This document shows positions 15,101 to 27,460 of a DNA stretch of 64,000 nucleotides, in pieces. The DNA is taken from contig NC_135258.1 in the NCBI RefSeq assembly GCF_964204865.1, positions 11,532,001 through 11,596,000 on the forward strand, given 5' to 3'. How positions within the stretch are numbered: position 1 is the stretch's first letter; each line of letters begins with the position of its first letter. The position numbers and the translations under genes are program-made. The notes beneath the pieces were generated by a model that saw only the letters and a program-made list of their open reading frames with translations, had not been told where the DNA came from and did not search any database. Origin of the DNA: Styela clava (Eukaryota).

Positions 15101-17260
15101 TCTGATCTAATGGCAGCATGCCAAATGGAAATATATTCTGAGTGATTGAAGAGTCTTGATTCACACTGACACAAATATATTTCTGTAACGTTTCGTCTGA
15201 CCAAAGTCAGACTTCCTCAGACATACATCATTCAACTATAACAAGAAAAGCACTTGCATTCATATTTAAAAAATCAGTGTAAAACTATTAAATCATATTG
15301 TTGGTTTGTTTTATTTTTTATTTATCACATTCAAAGTTCCTAATCATTTGATTATGGACAAAAATCTTACTTATCTGGACATATTTTCTAGAACATTTCA
15401 GTTTAAGTTTCGTTTATTTCTCTCAGGCCTACCATCATTTGTACAATGTGAAATCAGTCGATTGAAAGATTTTCTCAAAAATATTTGTGCTTCTGCTGAA
15501 ATACAATGCTACAGAAATCAACTATGGGATAAAGTCTACATGGATAAACCTGTGAGCAACACATTTTTATTCTTTAGTGAAGTTTCTTCCAATTTTTCCA
15601 ATCAGTTTAACAAGATATCTTGTTATGGTGAATTTGATTGTATTTTTGTAGAACGAGAATGTTTTCCTTCGCTCAATTATCATACGGTAATTTTATACAT
15701 TCGAATTTTCCCGTAGATTTCATAGTCCATGCCTAGTATCTATTCATTAAACTGGGTAAACAATCCTAATTTGTGCTCTAGTTTGAGTTTTAAAAAGTTC
15801 AACTTCAGGATGAGATTTTGACAGAAAAAACTTCTGATTATAAAATTTTACTATCTTGGCTCCCTGCTTTTTCAGTCTCTTATTCCCATATGTTTACAAT
15901 TATTTTTCATATCTTTTGTTACCTAGTCTCCAAACAAGACTTCCATGCTTCCTGTTGAAGATTTTGAACATTTATTGAAACATTGTCAAAAAGTTCCTTT
16001 GCAAAATATGGATTTTCGTGGACATGATCTGTGTAATATCGAAACAATGGGAATACAGTGGGCAATTGGACTTCAGAAACGCATGCTTTCAAAATTCAAT
16101 CAAATATGCAGATTTTACACAAATTCTGAAGGAACGAAAAGATATTTGGTTAGTATTATTTCTTCATTATTCTTTTCTATTTTTATATCATTCTTTGGAA
16201 GGAAAACATGAATTGAGTACATAAATCAAGTGTTGGGACATGGTTTCCTCAAATCACAGGTTTTCAACATGACATAGGTTTGACCTGAATCGGGGTAAAT
16301 TTCACAAACAAGAAGTACATGGCCGTTAAGAACATAGTAGATTACTGCTTTTTGGGGATCGCAATAGATTCTGCTCTATTCGTAAGCTGTTTTATATTAG
16401 GTAATGCATTGACAGTCGTCATTACGGCTATCCAGCTATCAGTTCCTTTAAAAATGAAAATGATCAAAACAACCTTATATTTAATTGCAGGGAATATTGA
16501 ATCCTAAGCTTTATTTCATGATGCTATTGATTACTGTTGATACTGAGAATGAAGATATTGTAAGTATAAATTGTATTAACATGAAGAATCCAGACATTAA
16601 ACCGAATGAATATTTCCAATTTGAATGTTATAGTCGGGATTCTTGAGTAAATAGACACCATATGAATCCAAATTTTGGCTTTTTGGCTCAAAATTTGACT
16701 CTAAACTGAAGGAAGTGTCAACTTGGAATCTAGGTCCCAACTCTGGAAAAACGAGATTTTGATCACAAAAACTTGGGCCAATACCTTTCCTTAATCTTTT
16801 GTTAATTCTTTTTTAGTTTTAGTCAGAAATATAGACTTCAATTACTATTATATTATCAATAGAAATGAGAAAGCAGCCAGAAATCGCACCATTAATTATA
16901 TATGCATCATTCTATATACATTTCATCACATTCCCAACTATGTGGTTGGTTGAGTACAGCAAAAAGCTACATTACAAGTTGTATTAGAACTAATTTTAGC
17001 ACAGAGTGCCATGATTTTTTTCCAACTATTAGCTAAATTTTACTAAATCAAAAATCATTTATTAAACTACATAAAAAAGAATAATTTTTTTAAAATTTCA
17101 GGGAATGTTTATTGTGATGAGAGATAAATGCCCAGAGTTGGACAGAGATGAACCGAACCTGACAATTGGAAATCCTATTTTCATACCACTGAAACAGCAT
17201 TTAAATAATATGATCAATTTTATTTGCTATTATACATGGACTTCGTTGTTGTCAAACTAA
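152..17260 (+). CDS. SZT2: KICSTOR complex protein SZT2, 3' portion of a multi-exon gene (5' part lies upstream of the window)
   Basis: In-phase GT-AG exons at 12066-12213 (DDTHLHSFTYDFHLRY..GYHI), 12774-12937 (NQIYQG..AEELYEYV), 13409-13595, 14188-14760, 15427-15551 (CYRNQLWDKVY), 15927-16148, 16491-16559 and 17102-17260 (MINFICYYTWTSLLSN*). These resemble the vertebrate SZT2 C-terminus (HSFSYDFHLR, NHIYQG, CRRDTLW, ACFTLWTRLL). Earlier exons are approximate and not all phase-checked: 152-285, 1177-1314, ~2466-2545, ~3033-3147, ~6659-6776, ~7383-7518, ~8927-9125, ~9999-10089, ~10640-10760, ~11303-11415, ~11501-11593. Confidence 0.85.
1920..2093. mobile_element. Merlin-like MITE (~200-bp family), truncated at left end
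   Basis: Internal sequence matches 61697-61898 and ends in the right TIR tggtacacatacttttggagtacc. Confidence 0.7.
3260..4744. mobile_element. Non-autonomous Tc1/mariner (pogo/Tc2-like) element with a second internal left end and an internal tandem duplication
   Basis: TA|CCGCATATCCTTGCG ... GCGTAAATACGG|TA termini; a second left-end copy at ~3574 (ccgtatataatcgcgaataggccg); ~300-bp direct repeat at ~4030-4340 / ~4380-4645. Confidence 0.65.
5240..5572. mobile_element. Merlin-like MITE containing a nested smaller MITE
   Basis: Termini GGTACTCC...GGAGCGCC; 8-bp TSD aaatattc/aaataatc (7/8); same family as 61697-61898 in the opposite orientation. Confidence 0.75.
5350..5459. mobile_element. 110-bp near-palindromic Merlin-like MITE nested in the previous element
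   Basis: TIRs ggtcctcctgaagtatgcgcaccaagatg / catcttggtgcgcacacttcaggagtacc; TSD gccaagtg/gccaaatg (7/8). Confidence 0.8.
6335..6473. mobile_element. Short degenerate MITE (CAGGGGCG...CGTCCCTG)
   Basis: Imperfect TIRs; flanks gtctcaga/ttctcagg resemble an 8-bp TSD (6/8). Confidence 0.5.
8075..8400 (-). mobile_element. tRNA-derived SINE in an SZT2 intron
   Basis: The minus strand has an A-box-like gtgctaagcgttagg, a B-box-like ggtttgaattcc, a body shared with the degenerate copy at ~60170-60310 (catgcatctgaaacaaatagct), and a cctat/ctatt-type simple-repeat tail. Confidence 0.65.
12291..12514. mobile_element. Degenerate MITE / inverted repeat
   Basis: acctcttgcaccattt pairs with aaatggtgcaagaggt; the outer arms gtattgatg..tcacac and gtgtga..catcattac also pair. 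Confidence 0.5.
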
Positions 17261-18035
17261 TACATTCTTAATATTATTATAATATTTATCTGCTCTATGT
17301 GCCATGGTCATGTCAAATAGACCTCTGAGAAAAGTAGCAGGTGTGTCATTCGACAACTTACCTTGGTATGTCTGAAGAAGTTGGGCATGGATTATTACAT
17401 TGCATTTGTGCTAAGTGGGAATATAGTATTGAAGTTTTCAGAAGTTTAAAATGAAATATGCATGAAAAAATACTACAGATATTGCTACCCCTATTTCAAT
17501 TAGCTTAGATGAAGCTACATGTGTAGCACACTATTGATTTAACATTTGAAACTTTCTCATCTTTTTCCTTTGTAAAAATTTAGTAGTTTATTCTTTGTCT
17601 TTTTTGCTACATCTTGTATTCCGCACATTGGTGTGTGTTCTTATCTCAAAGAAGCGATTGGGACGAAAAGCTTAAGATGTTCAGCTGCGCGAGAAAGAAA
17701 TCAAAAAATAATATAAGCTGTTTAAATTGTTTCCTGATGCCATATTCCAAGTGCAATTGATCAGTGATTTCTCTGGTGAAATATATTTTTCTTTGAAACT
17801 TGTCATTCAATAAATCTATCTTGTGAATTTTCAGTGGTATCAAATAATTCTAAGTGTCATCTTGTTGCAGTGATGTTTTGAGGCTCACATTTAATAAAAG
17901 TGTCTGGGCATTTTGAAAATAATTTAGTGAAAATGGATGCGTGGGTGGGTTCATGCTTAAGTTGGTCCTAATGATGTTCATTTGAGCATTCTTGCACACC
18001 ATTGGCTCGCAATTATAACGAAAAAAGGTCTAGAC

Positions 18036-18262
18036 CTGACATGGGCCAAATCCGGCCCGCCCGATGCTACGCAACGAAACTAAAACCAAATTTTGATCTT
18101 TTATCTGAAAAATAGCTCAAGGAACGTTTAGTTTTCGCAAAAGGCTTATTGTTTTCCTAATTTGCTTTTGTAACACTGTAAATATTCTTCAACTTTTCAC
18201 ATCACCCTTACATGGCTTGCCAGTCTAAGTGAGCAAAATTTTTGGTCCCTGGCCCACGCCTG
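18036..18262. mobile_element. hAT-family MITE
   Basis: TIRs ctgacatgggcc / ggcccacgcctg; subterminal ggcccgc motifs; TSD gtctagac/ttctagac (7/8). Confidence 0.7.
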
Positions 18263-18537
18263 TTCTAGACTGTCATATGTGCATATAGAAGACTTATTTC
18301 TAAAATGATACAAAATTTGCAACCGGCATCGTTAACTGTTCCCCGCAACATCAAGAATTGGTAGAAAGATTTAATGACCACAGCGGCAGTATACACACAA
18401 ATGTATCAGCGAATTACGATAATATATTACAATAGGTAATTATTCAAAAACACTGCTGCTCTGCCAGTTTTTTTGCAACGATGGTAGCTCCAGACATGAT
18501 TGGAAAATTTCAGTTTTTGCATGGGTAATAGCAGTTT

Positions 18538-18846
18538 TCAACTCTCAAATTTACCTAGAATATCTCCATCACGGAATAAATGGTATTCATCGTCATCAAG
18601 CAAGACTTTTGTGCCACCATATTCTGGAAGTAAAACACTATCACCAACGTCAACGCTCATTGGAATAAGTTTGCCATCTTTGTCTTTCGTGCCTGGACCT
18701 TTTGCAACCACTTTAGCTTGTAAAACTTTGCCAACAGATTTTTCAGGGAGAACAATTCCTCCTTTTGTCGTTAACTCTGGTGCACTTCGTTCAACCAACA
18801 CTCTGTCAAATAGCGGCAGAAATTTCTTGAAAGCTTTTGCTGCCAT
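18538..18846 (-). CDS. HSPE1: 10 kDa heat shock protein, mitochondrial (Hsp10/cpn10), intronless CDS, 102 aa
   Basis: MAAKAFKKFLPLFDRVLVER..TKGGIVLPEKS..PEYGGTKV..FRDGDILGKF is the typical animal Hsp10 sequence. The likely true ATG is at 18846, preceded by an acceptor-like tttcag 10 nt upstream. Confidence 0.95.
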   Translation of the reverse strand: MAAKAFKKFLPLFDRVLVERSAPELTTKGGIVLPEKSVGKVLQAKVVAKGPGTKDKDGKLIPMSVDVGDSVLLPEYGGTKVLLDDDEYHLFRDGDILGKFES

Positions 18847-19508
18847 TTTTGATTTTCTGAAAGATAAACGATAAGATAAGAAGTGCTGTGAAACCATATT
18901 TTATTAGGAGTGCCGAATCCTAAGTGTTCAGCACGTACTTCTTGGTCTTTTTTCATCAAATTCCTCCCTTCGCTTTTTTGGAACTCCTCATTCCCCTCTT
19001 GCTATGTACAAAAAATACTTTATTTATTCAATCTTTAATGAATCCTAGCTAGTACTATGCACAAGTAGCACCCCGCTTTTGTGTAATTTTAAAATGTGTA
19101 CTTAAATAAGTAGTCTATTATAGTGAAAATAAAGAACTAAAATTGTTTACAGTATTAGTAATACTATGGCAAATACAAAGCCTACCATGAAACATACGGA
19201 CATAACAAGTGATAGTTGGGCTAGGGAAATTTCTTTCTGTGGCCAATTGGCATAGTGCATTAGTTTTAACACCGGTTGAATTCATAAAATGATAGAGATG
19301 TGATTGCACTAAGTTAGAAGATTCAGAGGTCGTACGGTAAGACTGTAAGAGCCCTGATGCAGTGCTAGATCAAGAAGTCCCACGCAAAATTGCAGATGTA
19401 TGTTTTAGTAACGGTACTGCTATGCTCAAAATAAAATCACTCATAAAAAACTCACCTCAACGTTAAACGCGATGCGGCAGGTCAAACACAACTCAACAGA
19501 AGAGGCGA

Positions 19509-19523
19509 AGAAATTTCCCGAAG
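19509..19523. promoter_or_regulatory. Heat shock element (three inverted nGAAn units) in the HSPE1/PSMD6 divergent interval
   Basis: aGAAatTTCccGAAg is a perfect 3-unit HSE; there are extra two-unit sites at ~19226 (gaaatttc) and ~19317 (gaagattc). Confidence 0.5.
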
Positions 19524-19900
19524 CAAAACCACGCTCGATTTTCACCAGGGTTGCAACATGCGTTTCTGAAATGAAAAATAAACAACTTATTGTGACACCT
19601 AGTAACATACTACAACGAGAAGTGAATACTTTTGGGAAAATAAGTTTCAATATGTATGTAAATATTAAAATAAATGAATAAAAATATTTTAAAAGTGTTT
19701 CTTGAATAAAATATTGTGGTTACAGACATTAACATTAATTCATATGACGTAATAAATCCATCAAAATATCGCTTAATCATATTATATGAATCAGCTCATT
19801 TCTTGAGTTAGTGTGTGTTCGTCTTATTTGATCTATCTGTAGCGTTTCAGTTCAATCCGTCTTTATTTAGTTTCAGCATTTTATACATTTACATCACATA

Positions 19901-22900
19901 ATGCCGGTTGAAAATTTAGAAGAAGAAGGTCTGAAAAAGATTCCAGACTTGGAAGTCGCGCAGTTGAAGTTCTTATTAACGTCGGACGATGAGGAAATCC
20001 AGCAAACAAAAATTAAAAAACAATTTATGGAAGCGATCGAAGCAAATGGCAAGTTTTAGAAGTTATTTTGCTAAAATTAGGATGAATTCCTCAAATTGGT
20101 TTTTAAGAAGAATTGGTGTTTCTATCTGAATATTATTGCATTTTATTACAGTATTATTGTTCTCAAACTCATGAAAACTCATTTATGATTTTATTTAAGA
20201 TTTGTTTTAAGTTTGAGAAAACATGACGATTATACAGTTTAAGATTGATTGAATAATATATGAACAATGTGTTCATGAGTCGTGACAAGTTTGTATTATT
20301 AATGTTTGTATTGTATCAATGACCATTATTTAATCGAAATTCATTCTTTTCAAACTTGACGTTGGCCGACTTTAACTTCTTGTTTACTATGGTGCCAACC
20401 TAAATGTAGAATTACCTCCTATTCTGAAATAACAGTTTATACAGACCCATCTTTTCCAACCAACCAATAATCATCAATATGCTTGAATGATAATAAATTA
20501 ATATGCCACAAGATGTGTAATTTAGACGTTTTCTTTTTTACAGAGATGGCACCCTATTATGAAATTGTTTGCAAAGAACTTGGAATGAAAATTAACAATA
20601 CACTTTTAAAGAAATTGAAGGATACAAATGAGAAGACATTAAAAAAACTTGAAGATAAAATAACAGAAACTGAAGAAATGGAATATGAAAGTGAAGTCAG
20701 AGATGCTTTACTTGCAAAGGCTGAATATTTGTGCAAAATTGGTAACAAGGTAACAACAATTCCCTAGAATGTTTATTCATAACAGTCGACTGGGGCTGTG
20801 GATTTTGGGATCATTTTTGCCCGACTCAATTGAAAAACAAATCAGACTCTCGATTCCGAGTTGAAGAAAGTTTAAATTTTGATTATAATAACTTTGTCAC
20901 ATGCAAGCCTTCCTTGTCAACTTTATTCATTTTGATTATATGTTTGAAATCTGCAATCCAGATTCTGAAATATTCAATTGGATTCCGGATTCCGGGGGGT
21001 TTGAAAATGCGACTCCAATGTCAATAAAAACATGCAAAGTCAGGACTCTCACTTCCAATTAAGGTTTAGAAATGAGCTGTTCATCAATTCAATATAGCTT
21101 CTAAATGTTCTAATATTAGTCTACAATTTCATGATTTTCAACAATATGTAATAGCACAGTAAAGACATGCTCGTAAAAATTAGTCTTAATTACATATATT
21201 TATGCCTTTCCTCAAATAACTTTCAGGATGACGCTCTCGAAGTTTTCCAGAAAGCATATGATAAGACCATTGCACTTGGACACAAGCTTGACATCATTTT
21301 CTACAGAATTCGACTGGGATTGTTTTTTATGGATCATGATCTGATTACCAAGAGCATAGAGAAGGCAAAAATGTATGAAATATATTTGTTGTGCATTTTA
21401 GTTTAGAATTAAGCCCTTTGTGGCATGCACTATTTGTCCTTAGGTGATATATAATTTGGATTTTCTCTCGAAACAAAGCCATGTACAAGTAGCAAGTATC
21501 TAGCGATTCTGCCTTCATTTTTTACATCCTGGATTGGTAGACAGTGTGACCAGGGTACAGATGTCAACATTTTCACACCACGATACATCAATTTATTTCT
21601 GTTTATGATAAGTGTTTGTGATAACGATTGTTAACGATCTATACCAACTTTTATTGTTTTTCAGTTTAATAGAGGAAGGTGGTGATTGGGATCGGCGAAA
21701 CAGACTAAAAGTTTATGAAGGTTTGTATTGTATTGCGATTCGAGATTTCAAGAAATCAGCAAATTTGTTTCTGGATACTGTATCAACATTCACATCCTAT
21801 GAACTTATGGATTACAAATGCTTTGTCACATATGCTGTTTACATCAGTATGCTTGCTCTTGATAGAACCGAGTTAAGAGAAAAAGTGAGTTCTATTTAAT
21901 GCACAACTTTACTACATTTTTTTACTACACAATTCAGTGATGATTTATCATTATGCGAAACTTAACTACAATTTACTTCAGTACATATTAACAACATATA
22001 TTGATAACTCAATTCAAGCCTATAGTTAGGACATTGGGCCAAGTGTTGATAAGAGTAATTACTAGCAATTGAACCATCGTTTACCCTATTTTTGCAGGTT
22101 ATAATCATATAACTGAACTAACTTTTCAAACATCAATTCAGGTTGTAAAAGGTTCAGAAATCTTGGAAGTTTTGCATAGCAATAAGGAATGCAGAAGTTA
22201 CCTGTTCTCATTGTATGATTGTCATTATGCAGAGTTTTTCCAGCGTCTAGGTATGACTTAGAACGTGGAAAATTTGAATTCTTAATAATTGTTTTTCATT
22301 GGGTAATATAATACTCTGTGTGATGTGATTTTGGAATAAGGATGTAAATGTCTTAAATTCATTTCATATTATCTTTTTATTAAAGAAGTGAAATTTATTT
22401 ATTTTTGAATATTACAGCTCAAGTTGAGGTGGAAATGAAGAGAGATAGATTGCTGAATCCTCATTATAGATACTACACTCGTGAGATGAGAATACTTGCT
22501 TATACACAACTCCTTGAATCATATCGTAGTCTTACATTAGAATATATGGCTGAAGCATTTGGAGTTACTGTTGAATTCATTGATAGGTATGTTTACCTGA
22601 ATCATTATATTAGCTATGGGGTGAACTTTGTACCATCAATGGGAAGCTACCAGATGTGGATATTGTTATTACTTTGCATACGAGAAAAATTTCTTCTTGA
22701 TCTTCCATTTAGAAATTGGAATGTCGCTAACTAAGGGCTTAAGTACTTGAAAATTTTCAATCCTTGTCTGTCTGAATTGAGTCTTGGACTCTGCTTTTGA
22801 TTCGAATACGAGCAACAGAAATGTGGACAATTTGCATTGCCTGATGAGTAAATGAATATCACTATCAATCGAGTATATCAGTTTAGTATGAATTGTATTC

Positions 22901-23268
22901 GGCATCTGAACTGCTAACTCCCATTCACGCAATTCACTTGTCCTTCCAAAAGAATATCTACATCTATATAGTCTCACGAGCCCTCTGATACTTTGCTCAG
23001 AGATCGGCGTCCTCTGTTTCCGAGTGAGTGTGACCTTGATACGATCAACCTAATTCTTGCAAATAAAAAAAAAATCTCATCTCGTTTACACAGGGAGTTG
23101 TCAAGATTCATAGCTGTTGGGAGACTGCATTGCAAAATTGATAAGGTCGGTGGGATCGTTGAGACCAACAGACCTGATAGCAAGAACTGGCAATATCAGG
23201 AGACAATAAAGAAAGGAGACTTGCTGCTAAACAGAGTTCAAAAACTATCAAGAGTCATCAATATCTAA
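19901..23268 (+). CDS. PSMD6: 26S proteasome non-ATPase regulatory subunit 6 (Rpn7), 7 exons
   Basis: Exons 19901-20048, 20544-20749, 21227-21372, 21665-21884, 22142-22250, 22418-22586 and 23094-23268 join in frame: [68 protein letters not shown]. Intron 1 is GC-AG. Confidence 0.95.
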
Positions 23269-23733
23269 TTATACTCTTTATTTCGTATGATAGAAACAAT
23301 TCTTGTGTCCATAATGTACCATGTTGTATATATAAAATTTCAAACAAATGTGCAGTGGTGGTAAAAATACACATTCTGTGAGTGGCAAATTCAGTGGAGA
23401 TAATAAGAGAGCTATGCGGTAGCAGGCTAAAACAAGCCAATCCCTTAGATGAAAAAATGACGAGCCACCATTTACAATAAATACCAAACGGGTTCCTTAG
23501 AAATATAGTAAAAACAGCCAAAGCAAGTGTATGAACATTGTGAAACTAATATTGGATATTATACCCATAAGATTTTCAAAACAGATAAAATGTGGTTTTC
23601 TAGTATGTGACGAGAATAGAATACAGCAACAAATTTTAATGTGTAATGTGAACATAGCATGTGTTTGGCCTTATTTTTACAACCAATTAGCACATTCTAT
23701 TGTTCACAGCCATGAATGAATTTAAATGAACTC

Positions 23734-24531
23734 TTACGCACGAGTAAGCAATGGTCTAAGTATGTCATACAACATGGACGTGAATCCTTCACTAAACAGG
23801 CTTTCCACCTCGTTTATTTCGGACAGTTCATGAACATGGAAGCCCTCAAATGGTACAAGGTCGTCTTCATAAGAATCTCTTAATAAAATAGTCATGAGCC
23901 GTTCTTTACAAGCATGACCAGCTGAATCAATATCAACTTTTTGAGTTCGCATCTTTTTTAAATATTCTTTAATATCATTCTTGTTACCGTACAAGATTAT
24001 AAAAATGAGATGCTTGTAAAATAAAACAACACCCTGGACTTGTAATCGAGTTGCCCATTTTTGTAACGTTTTTAGATAATTGTTTTTTGAGCGCATATGA
24101 TCAAGCTGTATCACACAAATTTCCTTCGTTTTATTCTTAGCAAGACTTCCTTCATCTCCGCAACCCTGAAGTCTATTCGAATTTACACCAGAAGCAAATT
24201 TTGCCACGTTATCTTTAATCCACAATATAAGGTCTAATAACATTTGACTGTTCAAAAGATTATTCTCTGTCGCAAACTTGGACATCTCGCTGTTCAGTCC
24301 AGAGGAAGATTCTCTTGTCAGCATTGGTGAATCAATTGTCACATGTGGCACAACTTCTGGATATTTGTGAGATATATAAAAAGTAATTCTGAGTTGTTGA
24401 CAATTCTCCTCCGCGTGTGTCAAATTGAGTTTAAACGATTTAGATAAAGAGCTTTCCAGATCATTAGCTTCAAACTCTCCTTGCTGACAATAAATAGACT
24501 TCACGGCTTCAATTTCATCCAGAATGGACAT
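23734..24531 (-). CDS. RWDD3: RWD domain-containing protein 3 (RSUME), intronless, 265 aa
   Basis: N-terminal RWD domain (DEIEAVKSIY..YPEVVP) followed by the C-terminal motifs LDHMRSK..Y....KWA and VDIDSAG..CKERLM, as in RWDD3. Confidence 0.88.
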   Translation of the reverse strand: MSILDEIEAVKSIYCQQGEFEANDLESSLSKSFKLNLTHAEENCQQLRITFYISHKYPEVVPHVTIDSPMLTRESSSGLNSEMSKFATENNLLNSQMLLDLILWIKDNVAKFASGVNSNRLQGCGDEGSLAKNKTKEICVIQLDHMRSKNNYLKTLQKWATRLQVQGVVLFYKHLIFIILYGNKNDIKEYLKKMRTQKVDIDSAGHACKERLMTILLRDSYEDDLVPFEGFHVHELSEINEVESLFSEGFTSMLYDILRPLLTRA

Positions 24532-24981
24532 AGTGGTATCGTAAAAATTTAAGATAGACTATTCACAAACAAATATATAATACAAATACATATATACAAT
24601 ACATCAGACTAAATATAAACAAATTCCAGGATCAAAAATGAAAATACATGACTATGCTAGCGAATTAACCAATTTCTTAAATTTTAGTCTGTTTTTTGGA
24701 ATATTTCCATAACACAAATCATTTAAAAAAAGCTAGGCTAATTATGAGTGGCAATTTCATCATAATGGTTATTGATAGAATGTTTGGTTTTAAGAAAGCG
24801 CGGACCATGCATGAAGTTCAGTGAGGTTTATTTCCTGGAGAGCGTACAAACTATTGCTGTCTCTTTTCAGCTTGTATATTGGTCCGACTGTTGCGGATTG
24901 TGATCTAACTAGCACAGCATTAATTCATTAGCTTTTTATATAAGCTATTATATTGAAGAAAATTATATTAAATAGATATTC

Positions 24982-25539
<558 letters not shown>

Positions 25540-26757
25540 TTAATAAATTCCTTTATGACGCATATATATATATATATATTGAATTTATCTATGTAAAATG
25601 AATTCAAGGATTAAATATTATATTGATGTGCTCTCTTAATAAAATAAGTTGCCGATAGATACATGAATGCTCAAACATATGGAAACAATGGTATGAAATG
25701 GTGAAGTCCGAGAGCCCTCAACTTGATGAAACGATCGACAGGCGGTCCAGCAATACTGGATACAAAGTGTTCCCGTTTTATTAAAAAGAATCCAAAATTG
25801 GTATTCGAAACTTTAAACAGTTTAGATTATAAATACAAAAATACCCTTCCTAAATGCTGATATGATTACCTTCATATTTGTGTTATACCAGTGGTACCTA
25901 AAAATTGTACTTTCAGTGTTGTTAAAACTTAAAGCAACATTACCACAACGAAAAGCTAGAATCTGACAAAGGGTAACCAAGTAGGTCAGGGATGTCTGGT
26001 GGAAATTACTACAGTACTAGCGTGAATTTGCCACATGACTGTATCTGTATGAAAGGACTTAAACTGAATCTATGTCGTATCCAAGAAATTGCAGGCGTTT
26101 GTAACTTCAGAACTATAGACTATAACTGCAAGTATCATAACTAACGTTACAGTACTGAATACGAAATACTGAAAAACTGTAACCTCGGAACGTCTCAGTC
26201 AGCTGCAACGCAAGCAGAAACAGAAACCGTGGTGAAATTGCTTCAGTGTCGGTTAATCGAGCGTAACACAAGCCTTCCACGTCATGAGTACAGTTACGAC
26301 AAATCCGTTTGCCAGTTGGCAAAGCGGCCTGCAGAATTCGGTAACAGGAAATAACCTTAATTAATATAATGGATTTTGCTGCTGGACGTAAAGATAGTAC
26401 CGGTAACTAAATAGTAAACGTCAGCTTTCAACCGAATATAAGACATTTACATCATAAAACTCATATACTTATACTCAATTCACTGTCAGACCAGAGACAA
26501 TGCATGTAAAATCTATGGTTAGACGTTGTCATCCATAGCATCGAATATGGCCCACGAAGATGATGGAGCCGCAAGTTGCACTGATAATGTGAAAACAAGC
26601 TCTTTAGTTTTGTTTCCAGCTTTTATTTGCAATTGCCGACAATAACTTCACACTTATTTTTCACTCGTGAGATAAAAGATCGCACTATCGTCTGCTTGAA
26701 AGGACTAGAGAATGCTACGCGCTGTATGTTTCGGTATTTGTATCGGGTAATATCAAC

Positions 26758-26992
26758 ATGAGCAAAGCCCATCCACCGGAATTAAAAAAAGTTTATGGAT
26801 AAAAATTTGGATTCAAAGTTAAATGGTGGACGATCTGTTACGGATATATTGCTAGGTTTCGATCCTTTTATGAATCTAGTTGTGGATGATGGAACAGAGC
26901 GCAGAAAAGATGGGACCACTGCACCTGTTGGAATGGTGGTCGTTCGTGGAAATTCGATATCAATGTTGGAAGCATTGGAACGGATACAATGA
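26758..26992 (+). pseudogene. SNRPG: Small nuclear ribonucleoprotein G (SmG) copy, intronless, with a +1 A frameshift; processed pseudogene or homopolymer assembly error
   Basis: [11 protein letters not shown] (frame A) continues as [35 protein letters not shown] (frame B). A7 at 26784-26790 stands where A6 would restore the frame. The conserved GILRG reads DILLG. Identity is confident; pseudogene status is about 50%. Confidence 0.7.
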
Positions 26993-27369
26993 TTTTATAT
27001 TGAACTATTCGAAAACGACAAGAGAACCCGATACACCAATCCATGATTTGTGCATAGACTGCTATGGAACATTCAATCTATTTACCGAGCTTGTTTTTTT
27101 TAGTACAATTTTTTGTCACTGTGTCATTTTTTTTGCAATGAAATTGAACTAGGCCTACAGCATCACCATTTTACGTCAGCGAGTGTTTTTAATTCCATAG
27201 TTTTGTAGGAAGAGCACTGTTGTGTTACACATACACGTTTCACATTTCAAATTTAATCTAAGAGTATTGCCCGATTTTATATCGTGTTTTTGTTTTATTG
27301 TGTTTTGACTGTTTTTGGTGGACGGGCACGTACTTGTACGTTTTTAACTTTTTTAATAAGTTATGCTCG

Positions 27370-27460
27370 TCCTCCAGGTCCTCTGTATTTTGTTTGTCCG
27401 TTTGTTGTTGGTTTGTGTTTTGTTTCTATCAGAGTGACCAAATAAAATTGATTGATTGAC
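27370..27460 (+). repeat. Possible non-LTR retrotransposon 3' end (stem-loop, AATAAA, (TTGA)n tail)
   Basis: ggtcctctg...cagagtgacc stem, then aataaa and attgattgattgac. Confidence 0.35.

Noticed and set aside
18847-18897. N-terminal extension of Hsp10 in the ORF track
   Set aside because: The extension runs through an acceptor-like pyrimidine tract; homology starts at MAAKAF (18846).
25695-25720. RNase P/MRP-like motif (ggtgaagtccgagag)
   Set aside because: It does not match the GGAA CR-I consensus well and no CR-V partner was found.
26780-26796. Programmed ribosomal frameshift at AAAAAAG in SNRPG
   Set aside because: This heptamer promotes -1 shifts, but +1 is needed here. A homopolymer error or pseudogenisation is simpler, and other conserved residues are also altered.
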